Below are positions 59,339 to 64,000 of a stretch of DNA of 64,000 bases, in pieces (position 1 is the stretch's first letter; each line of letters begins with the position of its first letter). This DNA comes from Takakia lepidozioides. Lineage: Eukaryota > Plantae > Bryophyta. Both the position numbers and the translations under genes were made by a program. The notes beneath the pieces were generated by a model that saw only the letters and a program-made list of their open reading frames with translations, had not been told where the DNA came from and did not search any database. Location: positions 50,468,001-50,532,000 of the forward strand of contig CM060733.1 in the NCBI GenBank assembly GCA_030704615.1. Direction: 5' to 3'.

Positions 59339-62300
59339 ATGGGGTGTGTCCATGGCAAGATGGCAGACAATGAGCTGTCTGAGGCAGATGTTGCCAACAC
59401 TCCCAAGTGCCAGGGATTGCAGGAACTAGGGGAAGTAGAAGCAATCGACAGTGATGGCGCTGAGGCAGATGCCCTGGGGGTAGAAACCCCTATTCCCAGC
59501 AAGCCAGGATCTCGAACAGCGACTCCAATTCTTGGAACTCCGACCCTCAAATTAGAAAGTGTCACACCTAAGTTTGGGTCGGATAGTGGCACACCAAAGG
59601 TCAAATCTCAATCTGGGACTACTAAGGTCAGGTCAGAAACTGGCACACCTAACCTGAGAGCAGATAGCTTCTTCAAACCAAAGGTGCAACCGGACAGCAA
59701 AACATCCAAGTCCAGCACACGCTACAAGCTTGGGTCTGATGAACTTGACTCCTCTCTGTTACATGCCCTTGATCTTGATGTTGGAGTGCCTCGGCTCTCC
59801 CGTCTCTCTGACCAGTGCCTCCCGACCAGTGGGTCAAGGGTTGTCAGAGTGCCAGCTGGGGAATTTGAACTATGCTACTCCTTTTTGACCCAGAGAGGGT
59901 ACTATCCAGAAGCCCTCGACAAGGCGAATCAGGACAGTTTCTGTGTACACACAGTATTTGGTGATGACGTCAATGACCAATTTTTTGGGATTTTTGATGG
60001 GCATGGTGAGTTTGGCACACATTGCTCCCAGTTTGCGAAAAAGCATTTGTGTGAGAATCTGCTCAGGAATCACAAGTTCCGCACAGATCCTGTCCAGGCC
60101 TTTCACTCATCATTCATAGCCACCAACGTGCAGCTGCATCAATTCAACATTGACGACTCAATGAGTGGCACAACAGGCATCACTGTGCTGGTGCGAGGAC
60201 GAACACTCTATGTAGCCAATGTAGGAGATTCACGGGCAGTTATAGCAGAGAGAAGTGGGAAGAAGCTGGTGGCAGTGGATCTCTCAAGTGACCAGACACC
60301 TTTCAGGGGTGATGAATGTGCACGTGTTAAGTCTTGTGGGGCTCGTGTTCTCACTCTTGACCAGCTGGAGGGGTTAAAGAATCCCAATGTGGAATGCTGG
60401 GGAGGGGAGGATGATGATGATGGTGACCCTCCCCGCCTATGGGTACCCAATGGCATGTACCCGGGTACTGCATTCACGCGAAGCATAGGGGACTCTGCTG
60501 CAGAGCAAATTGGTGTATTTGCAGTGCCCGAGGTTCTAGTTTTGGAGCTGACATCGAAGCATCCCTTCCTTGTACTTGCAAGTGATGGTGTCTTCGAGTT
60601 CCTCTCCAGCCAGGCAGTTGTTGACATGGTGGGTTCTTTTTCCATGTTTCTGCTGTTTTTTGTTGATTATCAATCAAGTTGTATTCAGGGTGGCAGTGTG
60701 TAGGTACTTTGGGTCAATGTTACCACTCCACTCCGTTGCTACTGAGGTCACTCTGGAAGTGCTAGGGTTTATTTGTTAGGGGGAGGGGCTGGTGCTGGAG
60801 CATTGGGGTTTGGGCACATGTTGTGTTCTGAGATGGGGGTGATGTTTTGCTTTATTGAGCAATCGTCAGCATACCTCCATACATGGTTGAGTGCTCAAGA
60901 ACCCGGGTCGTTATGACATGAAAATGGTGCTACGCCTGAGCACCTGGATAGTTAAGTCCGCTGGTTTTGAGATGGAGTATGAACAAATTGTATAGAGTTA
61001 AGAGTGTGAACAGAAGCAGCAGATCTGATATGTACCAAGAAGTAAATTTGATTCTTTTCTGAAGTGTGGGTTGGTTCTGGAGACAGGTGGCCAAGTTCCC
61101 GGATCCTAAAGATGCATGTGCAGCCATTGTGGCAGAGTCATACCGGTTATGGCTGCAATATGAGACCCGCACAGATGACATCACCATCATTGTTGTGCAC
61201 ATTAATGGCCTCAAAGATGTATGCCCCAGTTCACCACCCTAAGTTCCAACTTCCTCCCCTTTCCCCCTACCTATTCTTTTCCTCTATCTCTGTCTCTGTC
61301 CAAATTGGCCTCAAGGCTACAACAAACAACGGCTTATGAGTACATTCTGTCCCTGTCCAAAACTGTCCAAACTGGGCGCGGGGTGTACGGCCTGAAGGCT
61401 ATGGCAAACAAAGTCTTATGTGTATATTCTGTCCCAAAACCTGGTGGGTGCGAACCCCACAAAAGGCTCTGTGAGGGTTAGTTACCTGCAGGGTCAATGG
61501 CCGTGAGGGTATGGCAAGCCAACGTCCGCAGGGAACGGCATGAGTATATTCTGTCTCTGTCCACCATGTCTTTGTCCCCATCTTTTTCTAGTCGTTTGTA
61601 GTCGTTCTGTATTGTGTGAAAGTCCCATATGCTCTTTGGGCTTTTTGTCAACTTTCTGAAGTCTTTCCTTACTTTCTTGGGTGACCACAACACTTACTTG
61701 AAGCTATAGACATTTTCAGCACAATTCAGCGATCTTCTCATGCACTCTGGTGAATGCTCTCACCTTTTTGTCTAGTTGAGTGTCAAGTTGCTTGCATTAA
61801 CCGATTAAATGACGTCATAGTTTCTTAAAATGGAATGAACAAACAAGTGACTGACCCTTTCAAACAGGCCGAAGTGTCAGATCCAGAACCACTGGACATG
61901 GACCCACAGGTGATGCAAATAATGACAGGCAGTAAGTCACCGGTACGAGTTGGGTGGGACTCATTCAAATCTGTTCGTCCTCTGCGGCATGACTTGTCAA
62001 GGGCTCGGTCTCGCGCAATTGAGGCCTCATTGGAGCAAGATGAGCCATGGGTCCCCCCATTGGAGCCTCACCTGAAGACTCCTGAAGAAGAAGTATGCTT
62101 CATGCATTCCATTGCTCACCATACAATTAGCAGTCTGGCAGTCCTAGGATAACTGTGTTGAGGCTGTTGTTCTGAATTGCTGAGTTTCTGGGGTAAGTCT
62201 CAGCTGTGATAGATAGTTTGCGTTGTGTAGTTCTGTCCATGTCTTGTGCAATTGACCCTTTGCCCATTGCAGGGTGGGACTAGATATATATGCATGGCTG

Positions 62301-63009
62301 ATCACAACGTGAGGGCAGCTTCGTTATTGATGCAAATCATCAAGCTGTAGTGAATCCTACATGTTGTGACTGGTAGCTGTGGGTTTGTCTGAATACAGAT
62401 AATGTATTTCGCATATAGGTTTACAGAGCAGTCTGAATTGAATCTAGACTTGACCAATACCCTATCCTTGGAAAGTAGATTATTCTCAACTACCTGCTTT
62501 TTATTGCAGTTCTACTGAAGGTAGATACATAATCAATGGAACAACATTCTACAAGTGAATACTCCTTTACAGCAATTGCTTGTTGGTAAAATCAGTCTTA
62601 ATGTTTGTTCTTTTTGAGATTTCAGGCACAGATTGAATGTGCAATGCAAGGCAACTTCTTATTCCAGAGTTTGACAGCAAAGCAGCGCCACACACTCTGT
62701 GAGTGCATGGACCGGATTGATGTAAATGCGGGGGACATCGTCATTAGACAGGTAGTGGCTTTCTCCATACAAGTCGTCAGCAAGTAATGAAAAGTGCTTT
62801 AGTGGGACTTGCCTGCTTTTGTAGGCTTTAGGAATGAAAGGAGATGGTGGAGCTGCTAAAGTTTCTTATTTGCTGGTCGGTTTTCCTACTCTTTATTGTC
62901 TGTTTTCACTCCATGCATTTCTTCACTCAGTTTGTCACGCTGACAGGGTTTCGAGAGCGATCTCTTTTACATTGTTGAAAGTGGCGAATTTGAAGTGTTG
63001 GTCTCTCAG
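59339..63009 (+). CDS. PP2C and cyclic-nucleotide-binding(/kinase) domain protein, 5' part; exons 59339-60628, 61087-61218, 61868-62092, 62626-62751, 62947-63009, continuing beyond the window
   Basis: PP2C motifs [41 protein letters not shown]; then cNMP-binding start [30 protein letters not shown]. Matches the Arabidopsis At2g20050-type architecture as I recall it. Confidence 0.92.
61289..61563 (+). mobile_element. Three stacked LINE 3'-end stubs separated by copies of one target sequence
   Basis: tctgtc(t/c)ctgtcca(aa)-like motif at 61289, 61346, 61428 and 61550. Each intervening piece matches the LINE 3' end and finishes ATG(A/T)GTA(C/T)AT. Confidence 0.8.
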
Positions 63010-63224
63010 GTGATTCATCACTCCTCTTGTGATGGATAGCAACACAACGTCGAATGTAGAATGTGCAGACTTGCATGTGAACCATTGTTACTGAGAGCAA
63101 AACAGACTTCGATCAATAGCTGCTTGGTTCCTCTGCAAGGGTGTGAAAATATTGCAGTTTTTGGATCCTATAGTCTTCGCAGGAGTACTTTTTGGAGGGG
63201 GGGCTTCCAGCAGCTAGAGAGAGA

Positions 63225-64000
63225 TTGTACTCATAAGACGTTGTTTGCCGTAGCCTTGTGGCCATTGACCCCGCGCCCAGTTTGAGCGGGAACAAAAGGG
63301 ACAGAACCTACCTCTGTCAGGGGCTGACGTTGGTAGTAAGACTTACCTTCATATATAGAATTAATCCGGGTTTTCCAGATATCCTCTAGAAATCCCTTCA
63401 CACAAGCATCAATCTGCTGTGTGTGATTTGCCCAAAAACTAGGCCTCAGGAGGGCCTGGGCTTTTGGCTCAGCCTCGAGACTTTCAAAGTTGGTAAACAG
63501 GGGTACAGGCACAATTCCCTTGATAGATTTGAAGAGAGCGTCTCTTTGGTGAGAGAACCCCGGACAGTGTATCAGAAAATGAATACTGTCTTCAGATTGC
63601 CCACTCAAGGGGCAATTGCACTCTCCCTTTCCTCTCTGCTTCTGTTTGCTGTTCAAAGGTAGGCTTCCTGCCCTGAGTTTAAATTTCAGTCTAGTGCCGA
63701 GAGTGGGTAGACCCTTGAGGTCATCCAAGATGTCCTCCCCCATGTCACAGACTGGAAACAAGTTCAGGGAAGTTTTCTGCCTAACTTCATTTTCAGACAA
63801 TCTCATGGCAACAGACATGGCTGAGGACACTACAGCCTCTAAGTCAGATTTATCCAGCAGGGTCAAGACTTGCGGATCCAGGTCCAGGTCCTTGAGGATC
63901 TCTTCTACTCTCTTTTGCCAGGACTTAGCCTGTTTGGTCAGCTGCAACATATGCCCAACACCAGATATCCTAAGTTAATCGACTCTATATCTTGGAAACA
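63225..64000 (-). mobile_element. Young copy of the LINE in PP2C intron 5, with an inverted 5' segment
   Basis: 63225-63936 is the reverse complement of ~1308-2020, and 63936-64000 matches 1231-1295 in direct orientation. Confidence 0.93.

Overview
Eukaryotic nuclear DNA from a land plant. It looks non-seed (bryophyte- or lycophyte-like), inferred from the pure PLS-DYW PPR gene, intron-containing NCED-type genes and the transposon repertoire. Host genes: a partial receptor-like kinase (2.5-3.1 kb), ORC2 (-) head-to-head with a WDR76/Cmr1-like WD40 gene (+) around two E2F sites, two tandem NCED/CCD4-clade carotenoid cleavage dioxygenases, a PLS-E-DYW RNA-editing factor, and the 5' part of a PP2C/cNMP-binding(/kinase) gene. 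About half of the window is transposon-derived. It includes an apparently intact, spliced Mutator-type transposase with GCM-like and SWIM zinc domains next to a 9 x 116-bp array of 18-bp hairpins; a non-chromovirus Ty3/Gypsy element with a long extra ORF, running into a 500-N gap; a four-layer hAT/MITE/LTR/MULE nest; and a tRNA-derived SINE. A tail-less LINE family occurs at least six times, always followed by TCT(G/C)TC, including three stubs stacked at one site and one copy with a twin-priming-type inversion. Best candidates for new biology: (1) the hairpin array + GCM-MULE + accessory ORF unit, (2) the apparently target-specific LINE, and (3) the NCED duplicate with altered substrate-pocket residues and an inverted upstream region. 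All family assignments come from motif recognition by eye; no database searches were run.
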